Positions 29,392 through 44,747 are shown, counted from the first letter of the stretch. The stretch is 64,000 nucleotides of DNA from Octopus sinensis (GCF_006345805.1 NW_021833925.1:1-64000); one strand, 5' to 3'. Notes: generated by a model from the letters alone, not told the origin. Made by a program: numbers and translations.

Positions 29392-29574
29392 AATTCCCTT
29401 ACTGTCACGTTAAGTTGACAGTATACAACCACTATATTGATATTTCTATTTTTTGTGTATTTCCTTTGTATGCTGTTGCATGTGTATTATTTGGGAAAGC
29501 ATTTTTCCATTGTACTAAGTATTTTGGGTGTATTGTCAATTCCCACAGGATATATATATATATATATATATATA

Positions 29575-29971
29575 CTAGCAGTATCGCCCGGCGTTGCTCG
29601 GGCTTGTAAGGGAAATAACTATATAAGCATTTTTAGAGAGTTATAGCCAAAAAATAGCAAAAAAATGCATTAAAAATGGAAAAAAGTTATGGTAAATTTT
29701 TTTTTAATCGTTGACTCATCGTAGACATTTTTAGAGAGTTACTTCCCTTTTTTTAATAGCGAAAAAATGCATTAAAATGGAAAAAAAATGATGTTAAATT
29801 TTTTTTAAATCGTAGACTCATCGTAGATGCGCGCTAATACCCAGAAGGGCTCGATATGAATCACGACTATAAGATACCCGGTTTTGGTTAAACTGCATCG
29901 CAAAATGTGGGAGTAGTTAGGAATCTAAATCGTAGGAGACAGACACACAACCTCTCTTTTATATATAAAGA
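29575..29971 (-). mobile_element. Non-autonomous Helitron, 397 bp
   Basis: Minus strand: A|TCTTTATATATAAAAG ... GCCCGAGCAACGCCGGGC (subterminal hairpin) GATACTGCTAG|T. It has 5' TC, 3' CTAG, insertion between A and T and no TSD. There is an internal ~98-bp tandem duplication (~29628-29828). Confidence 0.88.
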
Positions 29972-30319
29972 TATATACGTTTGAGTGTGTGTGTTTTAAT
30001 TGCTTGTATTCATTGAGTTCTATTGTATGCTATGCTACGATGGGGAAATGTTAAGAGTAATCCATTGAGTTCATATATGTCATATTACCACATAACACAT
30101 AATGCCACACACAAACGCTGCCATGTGTATATACTAGCTAATATATCTATTTGTCTGTCTGTTGATCATTCTATTTTTCTTCTATCACTTTTTCTTTTTT
30201 TTCTTTTCCTTTCAAATGTTTTGTCTTATAAACAAAGGGAAATGAATCATGCCTCTACCTAGTGCTTTTGTTTTGTGCTTCCGTTTCAAAAATTATACAA
30301 ATATACATATACATAACAC

Positions 30320-30386
<67 letters not shown>

Positions 30387-31778
30387 TTCGATAATTAACT
30401 TTAAAGCTACTGGCACTTTCATGCGTGAGGCGTTCGTGTGATTGTATGAGTGTACACATGTCTACACATATTTCTGTGTTTGTGCTTCCTGTCTCATATA
30501 CAAAATCTCTGTCGAGATCAGCAGCCATCCTTCAGTTTCGATATAATTAAATAGCAGAAGCATACAGACATGATCGAGTAGTTAAAACGATTGCTTCGCA
30601 ATCAAAAGGTTCCGGTTTCGATCCCACATTCTGTCATCTTGGACACCTGTTATTTTTGTTTTAAAAATTGGTCTTGGTTCAAATGAAGACTTATCGGTGA
30701 CACTGAGTCGGCAGAAAACGCGTGGAATGATATAGTTGCATGGGATGTACAGTAAATCAAATGTCCAGCCTGTTACATATTCTGTCATGCCGATTCAACC
30801 TAAGAATTCCGTTAAAGGTTCACATTTCTGCTAATTGAATTATACTGTAAGTTATTTAGTTTTTCACCGACACATACACCGTCAAATTACTGAATAACAT
30901 GTATAAGCGTTACATGAAAGATGTGTGATCGAATCTGTGACGACGATAGTTGCTATCAAAAGTACCACGTGCCTGTTAATCAGCTAGTTTATTCTTAATT
31001 GGTAATTTAAAAACCTGCTGAGATAATTCTCTCACATCAAATATGACTGACATGTATTGCAAAATCAGTAGAATCTTCATTGACTCTGTGACTTAGTTCC
31101 AACGGAGTACGTATCTATTACGAGTAGTAAAAGTTTTTTTTACAGTTATGTTTGTGAAGATTAGCAAATCTCGTTGAAAATCGATAAGAAAAAATATATA
31201 TAGTGTCTGAATCGTTGCGAAAAAGTTGTGAAGATTACAAAACAAAACAGCAAATTTTTCAAGGAATAACATGAAAACTCTGTAAGCGTACTTTGACTTA
31301 ATTATATTCAGTATGACTTCCTTTATTTATGATCCAATCGGTTATCGGAATACTCTGCGAATACTCTGCGAATATCCGAATACTCTGCGCCTGCTATGCT
31401 CGGATGCTGAAAACTAATCGTACGAAGTATCAGCTATCGTGGTCATTCAGATCGGAAATGATAGAGGGTGAAGCTCCAGCAGTGTTGGTTCAAAAGAACC
31501 CAGCTGGATGCCAACGCAAACAATCGTAATAGTATTTGTTGATTTTTCCCATGCAAGTCGGCGGCATCCTTAATCTTACAACTCTCTTTTGCATACCCGA
31601 CAGCTATTCATCCTAAACACCTAATATAGTTACTCGTCTCGATATTAGTTCGTAGCCACAAATTGGTAAGGGAAATATTTTAATCAATGGAATTTATTTC
31701 CGTGAGTGATTTGCTTACTATATTTCAACGACCATAGTTTAAACTTGTCGAAGGCCGGAAATAAATACTGGAAAAAGG

Positions 31779-31876
<98 letters not shown>

Positions 31877-31877
<1 letters not shown>

Positions 31878-32352
31878 GAGTGAGAGAGCAGTGCATGCCA
31901 TCAAAGTGACACAGGAGTAAAATTTACAAAGCCTACAGTACTCATCATGACTACCCATCTGATAAGCACATGCATCACAACCATATGTGCGCGACATGGT
32001 GATCTCGTATCAAAATAAACAGCACATGACCTTGCAGGTGGGGCCCAGTTAGAATTTTCTTCAGGTCGAGTAGTCCATCCCGCTCAAAAAGTCCCTGAAT
32101 AAGGGTTGTTTAAGGATGTTGAACGAAGCACCCATGTTTCCAGCGGGGAATTATCCAAACCCCAAAGAATTCCTCTCAACACACGGCTATGATGTTCCCC
32201 CACCACTTCTGCTCACGATCAGGGATGCACATATCGTCAGCCACTAAGGGACATGCTCAACTGGTTAAGGTGAAGGAACTGACAAGCAAATCTGTGATAT
32301 TGAGCAGAATATTTGCTGTAGCCCATCTTTTATACCTAGACAAAACAATGTT
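31877..32352. mobile_element. Family E repeat, the longest copy, abutting (TAA)n
   Basis: Contains, contiguously, both segments seen separately at 19870-19998 and 19390-19650. Confidence 0.8.
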
Positions 32353-33032
32353 CTATTATTATATTTCATCTTTCATTGAGGTTGACAATGCCTTTCATCT
32401 TTTCGGGATCGATGAAATAAGTACCAGTTGAGCACTGGGGGTGATATATAATCGATTGTCCCTCTGCCTCTAAAATACCACTTCTTGTGCATAAAGTAGA
32501 AAAGACTATTATTATTTCTCGGTGCTTTAACATTTCTGTCAACTTATCTGAAATTGCCGGAAGGTAACATGCAAAGTAATATAGATTTCTTTAAAAAAAA
32601 AAAGACATCTAAAACTAAATAAAAGAAAACAACAAAACGACAATAATATCAGCAAACAAAATTTTGCGAAGTCTCTGTAACCAAAATACATAAAATCAAA
32701 AGACCAAAAGCAGGTGGTGGTTTGAACAATTTCAGTGGTGTTTTGTAACTAGAATTTTTACCCCTTTCTTTCGTTCTTTCCATTTTCGGTTTGACACAAC
32801 TAAATGTTGTTTTAATTGTATTCGACAAATGACATTCTCTGTAAGATGCTTTTTTTTTTCTACATTTATTTTATTTTATTTTATTTTTTATTGTTTATGT
32901 TTCTCGTTTTCTTCTTCTGAGATCGGAAGTTGTTGTAAACTTTTCTCGAAAACGAAAACAACATTTCTGTCGTTTTGGAAAAGAAAATTGGTTGGCATAC
33001 AAAACAAATGCGTTCACACACACACACACACA

Positions 33033-33063
<31 letters not shown>

Positions 33064-33892
33064 TACACACACATATATATAAGCATATATAAGGCCTGTA
33101 GTGCTTTACTTTCAAATATCCATAGATGTATTATGCACTTGTACATGTATGTATTTTGTCATTATTTCTGCTACCTTTTCTGTCTGTCTCTCTGTCTGTC
33201 TTATAACATGGATTCTTTATGTGTGCATATGCGTATATATATAATATTTCCATATATTTGTTGGTCTAAATACTACATTTTCGCTATAGATATCTAAAGC
33301 CTCAATGTTCCCCAAAGAAATACTTATCAACGTGCTAAAAGTTTCATATAAATGGAAAGAAGGGGAAATGCAACTCTATTAAATTCAATGAAAAATAGGT
33401 AAGAGTTGTGATTTCCTCTATATGTTAGCACTCAGGCAGAATCCTTGGAGTTTAAGGTAGAGTTCTTAAAATTTATAGTTCTTTACATTTTGAGTTCAGA
33501 TCCAAACTTTCGTTCTTCTGGCGTTTACAATGTGCCAATCAATTACACAGGTCGGTCGATTTTAATCGAGTGACCTTCATTCGCAAAATGGCTGGTCTTA
33601 TACCTGAATAAAAATTTATTTGGGCAATGGATCCTCCGAATCAATAAAATGTGGGAAGAAATACCTTGTAGTATCTCTTTTTCAGTTATTTACGCTGTGA
33701 GTTCAAATTTCACGAAGGCCAACTTTTTGCCTTTGTTTTTTTATCCCGCCAGGATCGATAAAATAGAACATACATCAAGTATTGGTTTCGATGCCGATGT
33801 AATCGATCAAACGTTTCCTCACATAATTGCTGGCCTTCTATCTAATTTAGAAACTACTACTCCGTGTCCAAGATTCTGCCAGCTCGCCGCCT

Positions 33893-34103
<211 letters not shown>

Positions 34104-35206
34104 GTCGTCCAAGAATTTGGACCTGCGTATCTCCATTTCCAGCGACTTCGAGGGCCACCACCCAGTGGTGCCGGGCGTCAACGAAGATCCCTCGACTACA
34201 ACAAGACGACCAAAATTTTTTTTCCAAGGTCTGGGGTCTCCCACCCCTAAGCCCTAGACCATCACCTAATCACCCTTACCCGTCTTGTTGCTTAACAACA
34301 ACAACAACAACAGCAACAAAAACTGCTACTGCCACTGCTGCTGCTGCTGAGCTGCCGCCGCCGCCACCACCACCACCACTTCTACTACTACTTGTATTAG
34401 TAGCAGATATAATTTCTTGCTCCTGACATCGTAGTTATCTATCTAATCTTTCAACATCCATCACACTAAGTTCATTGATTTACACAAACACTCATGTAGT
34501 ATTCACGGCGCGCTAGTTTGTTTGTTTTCTTCGTTAGTACTTTATTTATTCATTCGATAATTATGGCAACGTCGTGGTAGAATAGTTGGAACATCGAGGA
34601 AGAAAGATGCCTTGCATATCTTCTGGTTTTTAGATATTCACTTCATTACCTACCGAGGTAAAGTTTTTCCCTATCATCCTTGCGGAGGTCGATAAAATAT
34701 TCACTTTGTACCACCTGTTTAGTACCGGAGATGATTTCGTAGCCTAAACTCCTTCCCCTTAAAAATTGTTGATCTTGTTGTTTAAATTAGGAACTATTAA
34801 TTATTCATGAATATTTTTGAGACTAATTAATTTTATATATTTTTGTCAGCGTTTTTCGTCTTCTGCGCTATTTCGACTGAGGCAAACAGCTATTAAGGAA
34901 CAAATTTACACTTTGTATTTCGTTTTATTAAAAATGCAAGGATATGTTCTACATAAAACCAGATAGCAAATTTGGTGTTCACATGCATAATGTAATGAGT
35001 CATGAAATAAGATTTAATATCTTGTGTCATTAAATTAATTTCCAATTCTCATCATAAAACGCTGGGATGACTATTAATACGTCATTGTCTGGCAATACTG
35101 TTACAAACTATCCTTCGCTGATGAGATCTAATAAAACCAAAACATTTCCAAGAGTTATCCCTAAACTGCCAAATATTAAATTCACTCCTCTGTTTCGTTG
35201 TACATA

Positions 35207-35466
35207 AAAAAAAAAAAATGTGCCCTTTTAAAGCCTAGCCAGGCTCACGGGCCCGGTTTGCCGGTTTCTATGGCGTATGTGTTCCCCAGCTGGACGGGAC
35301 GCCAGTCCATCGCAACGTTACTCATTCTTGCCAGCTGAGTGGACTGGAGAAACGTGAAATGAAGTGTTTTGCTCAAGAACACAACGCGTCGCCCGGTCCA
35401 GGAATCGAAACCACAATCTTACGATCATTATGCTGACACCCTAACCACTAATCCACGCGCCTCCAC
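35207..35466 (-). mobile_element. tRNA-derived SINE (family D) with a degenerate 14-bp TSD
   Basis: Minus strand GTGGAGGCGCGTGGATTAGTGGTTAGGG...GGTTTCGATTCC, body GCGATGGACTGGCGTCCCGTCCAG, T-rich tail. TSD TTTCGTTGTACATA (35193-35206) and TTTCGTTGCACGTA (35467-35480). Confidence 0.85.
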
Positions 35467-35539
35467 TTTCGTTGCACGTATTGAGTCTTTGATAAACTTA
35501 ACTAAATCGAACTTCCTATATTTCAGTTTTTAAAGAATT

Positions 35540-35820
35540 TAATCGATCAAATCGATTCTAGTACTTATATTTTAAGCCTCGTGCTTATTCTAATTGTATA
35601 TTTCGCAGAATCGCTAAGTTACGGGAACGTAAACAAACCAACACCGGTTGTCTAGCAGTGGTGGGTTGGGCTTATTTCAGTTTCCGTTTGCCAAATCCAG
35701 TCCCACGGCTTTGGCCGGCGCAATGCTATAACAGAAGACACTTACCCAAGGTGCTGCGCAATGGCACTGAACCCGGAACCATGTGGTTGGGAAACAAATT
35801 TCTTATCACACAGCCACGGG
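35540..35820 (-). mobile_element. Degenerate SINE family B copy
   Basis: AGAAGACACTTACCCAAGGTG...GAACCCGGAACCATGTGGTTG and CGCTAAGTTACGGGAACGTAAACA are reverse matches to family B. Confidence 0.75.
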
Positions 35821-36052
35821 TGCAGAATTTATCGTTATCATATTTTTACCTCCCAATAACGATTGTAATTTGATTAACTGAGAAATGATTAGCCCATTTC
35901 GTTTGGTATGTTAAGTTAGCACAACTCTGGATAATAGTTTTGAATAGTTTAATCCTGAACTCAAAGTAGGCAGCTTACAAGACGAGTGAAAAAGAAATTT
36001 ATTGTGAAGGAACTTATAAAGATTTGTATAACGTACTCAAACACACACACAC

Positions 36053-36090
<38 letters not shown>

Positions 36091-36776
36091 GAGGGAGAGA
36101 GAAAGAGAGAAAGAAAGAAAAAAAAGAGAGAGAAAGAGATAATCTAAAGATATATGTAAGATGGAATAAATTCGGCGTCCTAAGGAGATACGAGTTCTGA
36201 TGTTCCAGAGTTGAGCTTGTACTGGCGAGTAGGCAATTCTTCAATGTACAGAAAGCAAAGATAGAATATTTACAAAGTATATAGAAAGTATGTGGAAGAA
36301 TGCATTGAAATAGATTGTTTATAGCTAGTCGAAATACTGTATTGACAGGTTCTTCGCATTATCTATGTACCGCTCCCCCTCACCTCCACTCTCTCTGCCA
36401 CTTTTTTCTCTTTATATACACATATGTATTTTCTGTGTGCGTGTGTGTCTATGGATCTATAATAGAAGGCAGTTTATGAATCTCAGGAGGAAGATCTTAG
36501 TTTATCTCAGCAAGATATGTAAGCACAGAGTGTACACAAAAGGTAGTCGGTGCTATGACTATGTCTATATGAATTAAACAAACGCGAAGAATAGCCCCTT
36601 AAATATACCTGATTTATATGTGTTTGTGTGTAGTATAGATAGGCATATAAAACGCACATTACATACATACATACATACTTACATACATACATACATATAT
36701 ATATTTATATATATAATATATACATACAAATATATATATATTATAATATATATATACATATATACTATACATATAT

Positions 36777-36826
<50 letters not shown>

Positions 36827-37933
36827 ATATATACGCGTGTAAACACCAAACAACGTGTTTAGTGAGAAATAATGTATATATTCATGTGTATGCACATGAA
36901 TATACAGACACACACAGACACCACATATGCTGAATATATCTATTATACATAAAAATATGACGATGTTTGAACAGCGTTAGACATTTTTATTCATCCGTAC
37001 ATGTATGCTAGCGCGTTCATGCATTTTGCGTGTTAAAGGACCGTCCACTGGGTTTTAATAAAGCTTTAATGGAATATTGCACCGGTATTCCCTGTTCCCC
37101 CCAGATTGAGGGAATGTGCTGAATAGAATAACTTATTTAAGGCAACTAAACAAGCTCTTGCGTACTAAGAATTTTTCTTCATTTCCCATGCCCCAATAAT
37201 GTTCGGATAATTTTGAGTATGGTATGGTATATGTAGGCTTACGAATTATATGTACAGCGGTTTTGCAAAATGTATGCATGTTTGCATGCATGCATGCGGG
37301 TATGTATATGTGGGTGTGCTTTATTATTCACCGATTCTTCCTAACGAAAACGAAAGAGCCAGTTTCTAAACGAGAAGCAAAGCTCATTCATCAGAGTTCA
37401 AACAGGCAGTCGTGTATGTGTGTATTAAACGTTTACGCATTTCGTATTTAAAATTTAGCCTCGTATTTGGAAACGATGAATTATCTTCTCCCCAAATCAA
37501 ACAGCAGAATTAATGTTAATACAAGATCAAGTGAAAGTTGAACGAACCAAATTATTCAGAGCGGTTTCTCTCTAAAATATTGGCCGAATGATGACGAATA
37601 ATGTTAGTCTTCAACCAAATCATTAGATGACGTCAAATATAATTTAAATATTTGAAAGCAAAGAAGGCATTATGTAGACTTTCAATTTATGCATAGATAG
37701 ATAGATTGATAATTATAAACATATATTACATACAAACACACACACACACACACATCGATAGATAGAAAGATACATTGGTATTGATCTTTTTAATAGTAAA
37801 TAATAAGAAAAGATAAATAATAAACAATAGAACGTGGATAAATTCCGATTGAAATTCAACGGCAGATGGACAGACTGATAGAATATTATAGATCTATCTA
37901 AATAGATAGTTGTCGATAGTGGTTATATATATA

Positions 37934-37978
<45 letters not shown>

Positions 37979-38819
37979 GATAGAGAGAAAGAGACAGAAA
38001 GAAAGACAAACAGAGACAGAGAATAAGTAGTGAGATAACAACTTTATTCCGTGGCCAATGAAGGAAGAAAGACCGAAACGTGGAATAGGGGAATATGAGA
38101 AAGCACAATCTCCTTCATCCTCGCTTCCCTCATGTTCTGAATATTAAGCTTTCCACATTTGTTTGATAATCAGCACAGATCGAACTCTTGATAAACACAT
38201 GCCGATATTCTGTCTTTGAAAGAGCTATAAAGGAGGAAAGGAACAAAGAAAAAGAAATCAACAAAAAAATACCTAAAGAAGAAAATGAAAAATTGAAAAA
38301 AAAAATGGCTGCTTTCTTCTTCCAAATCCGCTTGTAAACTACAAAGCCACAATTTTTTTATGGATCTTTCTATTGTATTTGGCCATGAGGGAATATTTGA
38401 GGGACGGGAATACTACCGTGTGGGAGAGTGTACGAGTGGTGATGAAGTGATGGGAAAGACAAAAATACAAAAATTATAAATAAATACATAGAAAGAAAAC
38501 CTAAAAATCAGTCGATCTTCAGTAAATACAATATGGCGGCCAGATTTAGTTCGTTGTTGTTGTTTTTTAGTTAACAAAGTTGTAACAGTGGTTAGATAGA
38601 AATCTATTTCGAGTGTAGAATAAATAATCTCGGCCCCAGAAAACCGTGATTAACTCAAGACATGGGGTTAAATAAAGAAGAAATACGATTTCAATATAGA
38701 GTCTGGTGAATTCTGTTCACTATTCAAAATCTGCTTTTCCTTTAGATATTTCTCTCCTTCTCTCTCTCCTTCTCTCTCTCGCTCCTTCTCTCTCTCTCTT
38801 TCTCTTTCTCTCTCTCTCT

Positions 38820-39089
38820 CCCTTTTAAACATTTTATCTGCCTATGACTCAAATCCCTCATTTTTACATCTGGCTCCATACTCACTCACTCACTCACTCA
38901 CTCACTCATTCACTTACTCACTCGCTCACTTACTCACTCTCTCTCTCTCTCTCTCTCTCAAACTTTTTATCTACCTATCACTCAAATCTCTCACTTTTTT
39001 ACATTTGGCTCCATACTCATTCACTTACACACTCACTCACTCACTCAATCATTCACTTACTCACTCACTCACTCACTCACTCACTCACA

Positions 39090-39122
<33 letters not shown>

Positions 39123-39219
39123 ACATTTTATCTGCCTACGACTCAAATTCCTCATTTTTACATCTGGCCCCATACTCACTCAATCATTCACTTACTCACT
39201 CAATCATTCACTCACTCAC

Positions 39220-39267
<48 letters not shown>

Positions 39268-39540
39268 ACATTTTATCTGCCTATGACTCAAATCCCTCAT
39301 TTTTACATCTGGCTCCATACTCACTCACTCACTTACTCACTCACTCACTCACTCACTCACTCATTCACTTAACTCACTCACTCACTCACTCACTCACTCA
39401 CTCACTCACTCACTCACTCATTCACTTACTCCTCACTCACTCACTCACTCACTCACTCACTCTCTCTCTCTCTCTCTCTCAAACTTTTTATCTACCTATC
39501 ACTCAAATCTCTCACTTTTTACATTTGGCTCCATACTCTC
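38820..39540. repeat. Compound tandem repeat: ~60-bp core + (CACT)n + (CT)n, five units
   Basis: Core AAAC(A/T)TTTTATCT(G/A)CCTAT(G/C)ACTCAAAT..TTTTTACAT(C/T)TGGCTCCATACTC at ~38826, ~38960, ~39121, ~39266 and ~39481. Confidence 0.9.
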
Positions 39541-39783
39541 TCTCACCCACCCTCTCTCTCTCTCTCTCTTAATGATCTTCTCTTTATCTTTCCGCTACTA
39601 TTCTCAAACATTTCATCTCTATCATTCTAATCCATTCGCATCATTGTTTATTCTTCTTTATCCCCCCCCCACACCCCCACCCTTTCTCAGAAATTTTTTT
39701 TTATCTCTCTATCATTGTAAACTTCACTCTCTTTCTCCTCTCTCCTGCTCTCTAGCTTTACATCTCTCGGTTAATCTCTCCTT

Positions 39784-39814
<31 letters not shown>

Positions 39815-40328
39815 ATTTATCTGTCTACCTATCTCTCCCTTCATTTTTATCTCTTTGTCTCTCAAATCCTCTATCGATCTTTCTTTGCATCATCTCTCTC
39901 TCTCTCCATCTCCCTTTCATGAATGTTTTATCTCTCTATCATGGTAATCCTGCCTCCAATATTTTCCCTATATTTATCTCTTTCTGTATGTTCCTCTCAC
40001 TCTATCTGTCTGACTGCCTCTCTCTCTCTCTCTCCCTCTCTCTCACAGACACACACATTCTCATGCGCACGCACCCTCACACGTTCTCATTTTCTTAAAC
40101 TCTTTACTTCTCAATCACTCTAATATTTCTCTACCTTACTTCACTTTTACTACCATTCAATCAGTTGTATTTACAAATATATTTGTTCTTTCCATATCAG
40201 GATACTAGCTTATTATTTCGATTTAAAATTTGTCTAAACATTCACTAAATATATATCATATATAGTATATATATATATATATATATATATATCCTCTCGC
40301 TCTCTCTATCTATCTATCTATCTATCTT

Positions 40329-40365
<37 letters not shown>

Positions 40366-40795
40366 ATCTCACACATAGCTCACAAATACATTTAGAGCGT
40401 TGCACACACACTCACACTCACCATAATTTATGTACATATATATACATATATATACATATATTTCATATATATATGTGTATGCGAGCTATTAAAATAAATT
40501 GTACACAAATTAACTTAAAGATTACCGTCTGGGCCTGAGTCTCACTAGACATAATATGTCCATATAGTTATGTGTATGTGCATTTATGCATTATATATAT
40601 TATATATATATATATAATATATATTATTATATATATATATATCATTTTACTTTATTCTATTAGTTTTATTGGTTGCACTACTGCCATGCTGGAGCACAAT
40701 TTTCATACGCATAAGTTGATTGTAATAAACCTTGTGAATATTTTAGTACAATTTAGCGGATCGTTAAAACACAGGACAAAAATATACGTGTGTGT

Positions 40796-40861
<66 letters not shown>

Positions 40862-41207
40862 TGTGTGAGTGTGTGTGTTTATATATATATAAACTTATGG
40901 TGAGATTCCAGATACTTTCAAGCATAAAGTATCGGTTAGTCCCAGGGTAGATCGGAAATCATTTGGATATGTTACCGCGATGAAGGATCGAAGTTAATAC
41001 CATCTAGTAGTGAAGCTACGTTGTTACGTCTGGTGTTATACATGCACGCAAATTATGAACGTCTCTGTACTTCTGCTTCATAAATTTCTCGCATTTTATA
41101 CACCCACTTACATATATGTAGATGTACCCTCAGTACACACACATATGTGTATACACTTACATGCATGCCTATATCGGACTACCATTCGTATTCGTGTGTG
41201 TTCGTAT

Positions 41208-41260
<53 letters not shown>

Positions 41261-41396
41261 TATATATATATATATATACTATATATTATTATATATATAT
41301 ACATATATATATTTTTTATTTATATATATTATATAATATATATATATATATATACATATATATATGTTTTTTATATTATATATATATATATATATA

Positions 41397-41501
41397 TTGG
41401 CCTGCTCGCTTAGCCAGCGGGGTGGCGTCATTTGAAGGCTAAAACAATGCGAAGCGCATTGTGACCATCGATGTGTAGCAACATCTGATAGCCTGGTCGG
41501 T

Positions 41502-41509
<8 letters not shown>
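41397..41509 (+). mobile_element. 3' fragment of SINE family C in (TA)n
   Basis: TTGGCCTGCTCGCTTAGCCAGCGGGGTGGCGTCATTTGAAGGCTAAAACAATGCG...CACGTGAT matches the reverse complement of 20505-20625. Confidence 0.82.
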
Positions 41510-41540
<31 letters not shown>

Positions 41541-41544
41541 CACC

Positions 41545-41609
<65 letters not shown>

Positions 41610-42789
41610 ATTGTATATGCATTTATATATATATAATATACACATACACACACATACGTGTTCAGATTTACGCACATATCTACCTTTCAGCTTTACAATG
41701 CATAAACAAGCAGAGCTAGCAAAATAAAATATATAAAATGATATATAAAAAGATTAAAGAAGACAAACGTAATAAATCCAAGACAAGCACCACGAAAATC
41801 ACACATATACGTTAATAAGTCCGTCGTACATAAACACAATACTATCACAGTTTGTACCTAGAAGAAGCTATACGCATCTCTACAGTTTTACTTTAAGAGT
41901 CTTTACAGACATACATGCACACACACGTATATAAACTCACATATACACACAACAACGCATATATCTTTATTTTTTTTTTTTTTCACACCATATTGTTCAT
42001 CTCCTCCCTGAGTGGGATTATTTTAAAAACTAAACGTTTACCCCGAGTCTCTGGTTGTCCGTGTTTACATTTCTACGTTCTACTTGTGTATAAGAAGCCT
42101 CTTCACACTTGTATAAGCGTATTTCGCCAAGTTCGCTGTAGTTGTTGAAATATACTGCTTTTTCTTGTCAAACCTACACCATTCAAAAAAGCGTGTGTAT
42201 GCGCATGTGTAGGTGTGTGTATCTGTATTTTTTTTTTCTTTTTCGCTTACAGTCTTTATCTAATATCTTTCTCTCCCTCCCTTTCAGCTCTCTCACTCTC
42301 TCTCTCTCTCTCTCTCTCTTTCTCACTTCCTCTCGTTCTGTACAAACCTTTCAAACAGAACTTCTGTCTTTCACCCTTGTCCTCTCTCTCTCTCTCTCTC
42401 TCACTGTCTCTCCAAATCTTTCTACTATTTTTAAATATCCATAGCTATTCAATCTAGCTATTATTTCCTACTGCCTCTCTCGCTCTCGTTCTCCCTCTCT
42501 CTCTATATATATCTCTCTCCCTCTCTCTCCCTCCCTCCCTCCCTCCTTCCGTTTCACACTCACGTATACCTTATAGATCTCTCTTTTGTTTTATTCTTTA
42601 CATTTATCCGTTTATGCCTGCCTCGCTTTCTTCTCTTCTCTCACCTAGTTCGCGAGCGTGTGTATATGCTTTCGTATGTTATGCTTCTGTGCGTGTAAAT
42701 CTGTTAACATACAGATATATACAACTTTCCTTCTATCTTTCTTCTTTCTTTCTCTCTCTCTCTCTCTCTCACACATACTGATGGTAATG

Positions 42790-42921
42790 CGAGCGAACCA
42801 CATGGTTACGGGTTCAGTCCCACTGTGTGGCACCTTGGGCAAGTGTCTTCTACTATAGCCGACCAAAACCTTGTGAGTGGGTTTGGTGGACGGAAACTGA
42901 AAGAAGCCCGTCGTGTATATG

Positions 42922-42954
<33 letters not shown>

Positions 42955-43160
42955 GTGTGTTTGTGTGTCTGTGTGCCCCCCCCCATCGCTTGAGAAGCAA
43001 TACTGGTGTGTTTACATCCCCGTAACTTAGCGGTTCGGCAAAGGAGAACGATAGAATAAGTACTCGGCTTACAAAGAATAAGTCCTGGGGTCGATTTGCT
43101 CGACTAAAGGCGGTGCTCCAGCATGGCCGCAGTCAAATGACTGAGATAAGTAAAAGAGTA
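42790..43160 (+). mobile_element. SINE family B copy
   Basis: Colinear with 5433-5897, including the internal TA/TG tract. Confidence 0.85.
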
Positions 43161-43168
43161 AAAAAAAA

Positions 43169-43224
<56 letters not shown>

Positions 43225-43470
43225 TCGGCAGAATTGGAACTCAGAACGTAAAGACATACGAAATGACTCTAAGAATTCTGATTGACAACTACATTTAATG
43301 ATGATGATGATGATGATGATGATGACGATTTCTGCTACTGGCAACAAGAGCCCTAGACAAAGAAAAAAGTGATAAAAGTTTTCGTACGATTTTTTTTTTA
43401 CTAACCACGAGGACCCAAGACATTGAAGACAACACAAAAAAACCCCCGAAAAACGACTCACATTATTATT

Positions 43471-44020
<550 letters not shown>

Positions 44021-44699
44021 TTATTTTTATTATTATTTTTATATTTTTGGATTTTTTAGATTAGAATTAATTGATAATTTCAACACTATCGTGATTATAA
44101 TTACGAAGTAAGTTATAATTGCAATTATCATCATCATCATTATCATTATCATCGCCAACAACAACAACATCAATCCCTCGTTCCCAAGTGTCTCTCCTTG
44201 TGTCGTCACCAGTAAAGAACAAAATGGCCACCAGCTGTGGAGTGTGTGTCCACTTGTAATATCGATGTTACTTACCACTTCAGAGTTTGAGTGTCGTCTT
44301 TGTCGTAGTAGCAATAATATTAATAGTGACGTTAATGGTGGCGGTAGTGGTGATGGTGGTGGTGGCGGTGGTGGCGGCGGCGGTGGTGGTGGTGATGGAT
44401 TGTAGATAGGTTGCTGTAAGTATTGGCTCTACTGCAGCTACTGTTGTTGAAGAGGATGATGTGGTGTTGATGATGGTTCCTACAATAGCCGTGATCGAGT
44501 TTAGCGATGACGATGATGACGATGATGATGATGATGATATAGATATATCACGACAAAAATACTGTTGCTGCTGCTGCTGATGATGATGATAAGGAGGAGG
44601 AGGAGGGGGTGGGAAATGGTGTTGTGTGACAAACACACATTTTCCCCTGACCTGATTCGACATATAAGTTTTGGAAATAATGCAGCAGAAGTCATCAAT

Positions 44700-44747
<48 letters not shown>

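Noticed and set aside
35112-35155. CTGATGA-GATC... possible hammerhead
   Set aside because: The GAAA box reads AAAA, and helices I and II do not pair properly; at best a heavily decayed relic.
38820-39540. CRISPR-like repeat-spacer appearance (also considered for 52240-53970)
   Set aside because: The context is eukaryotic, the spacers are microsatellites or absent, the repeats are too long and there are no cas genes.
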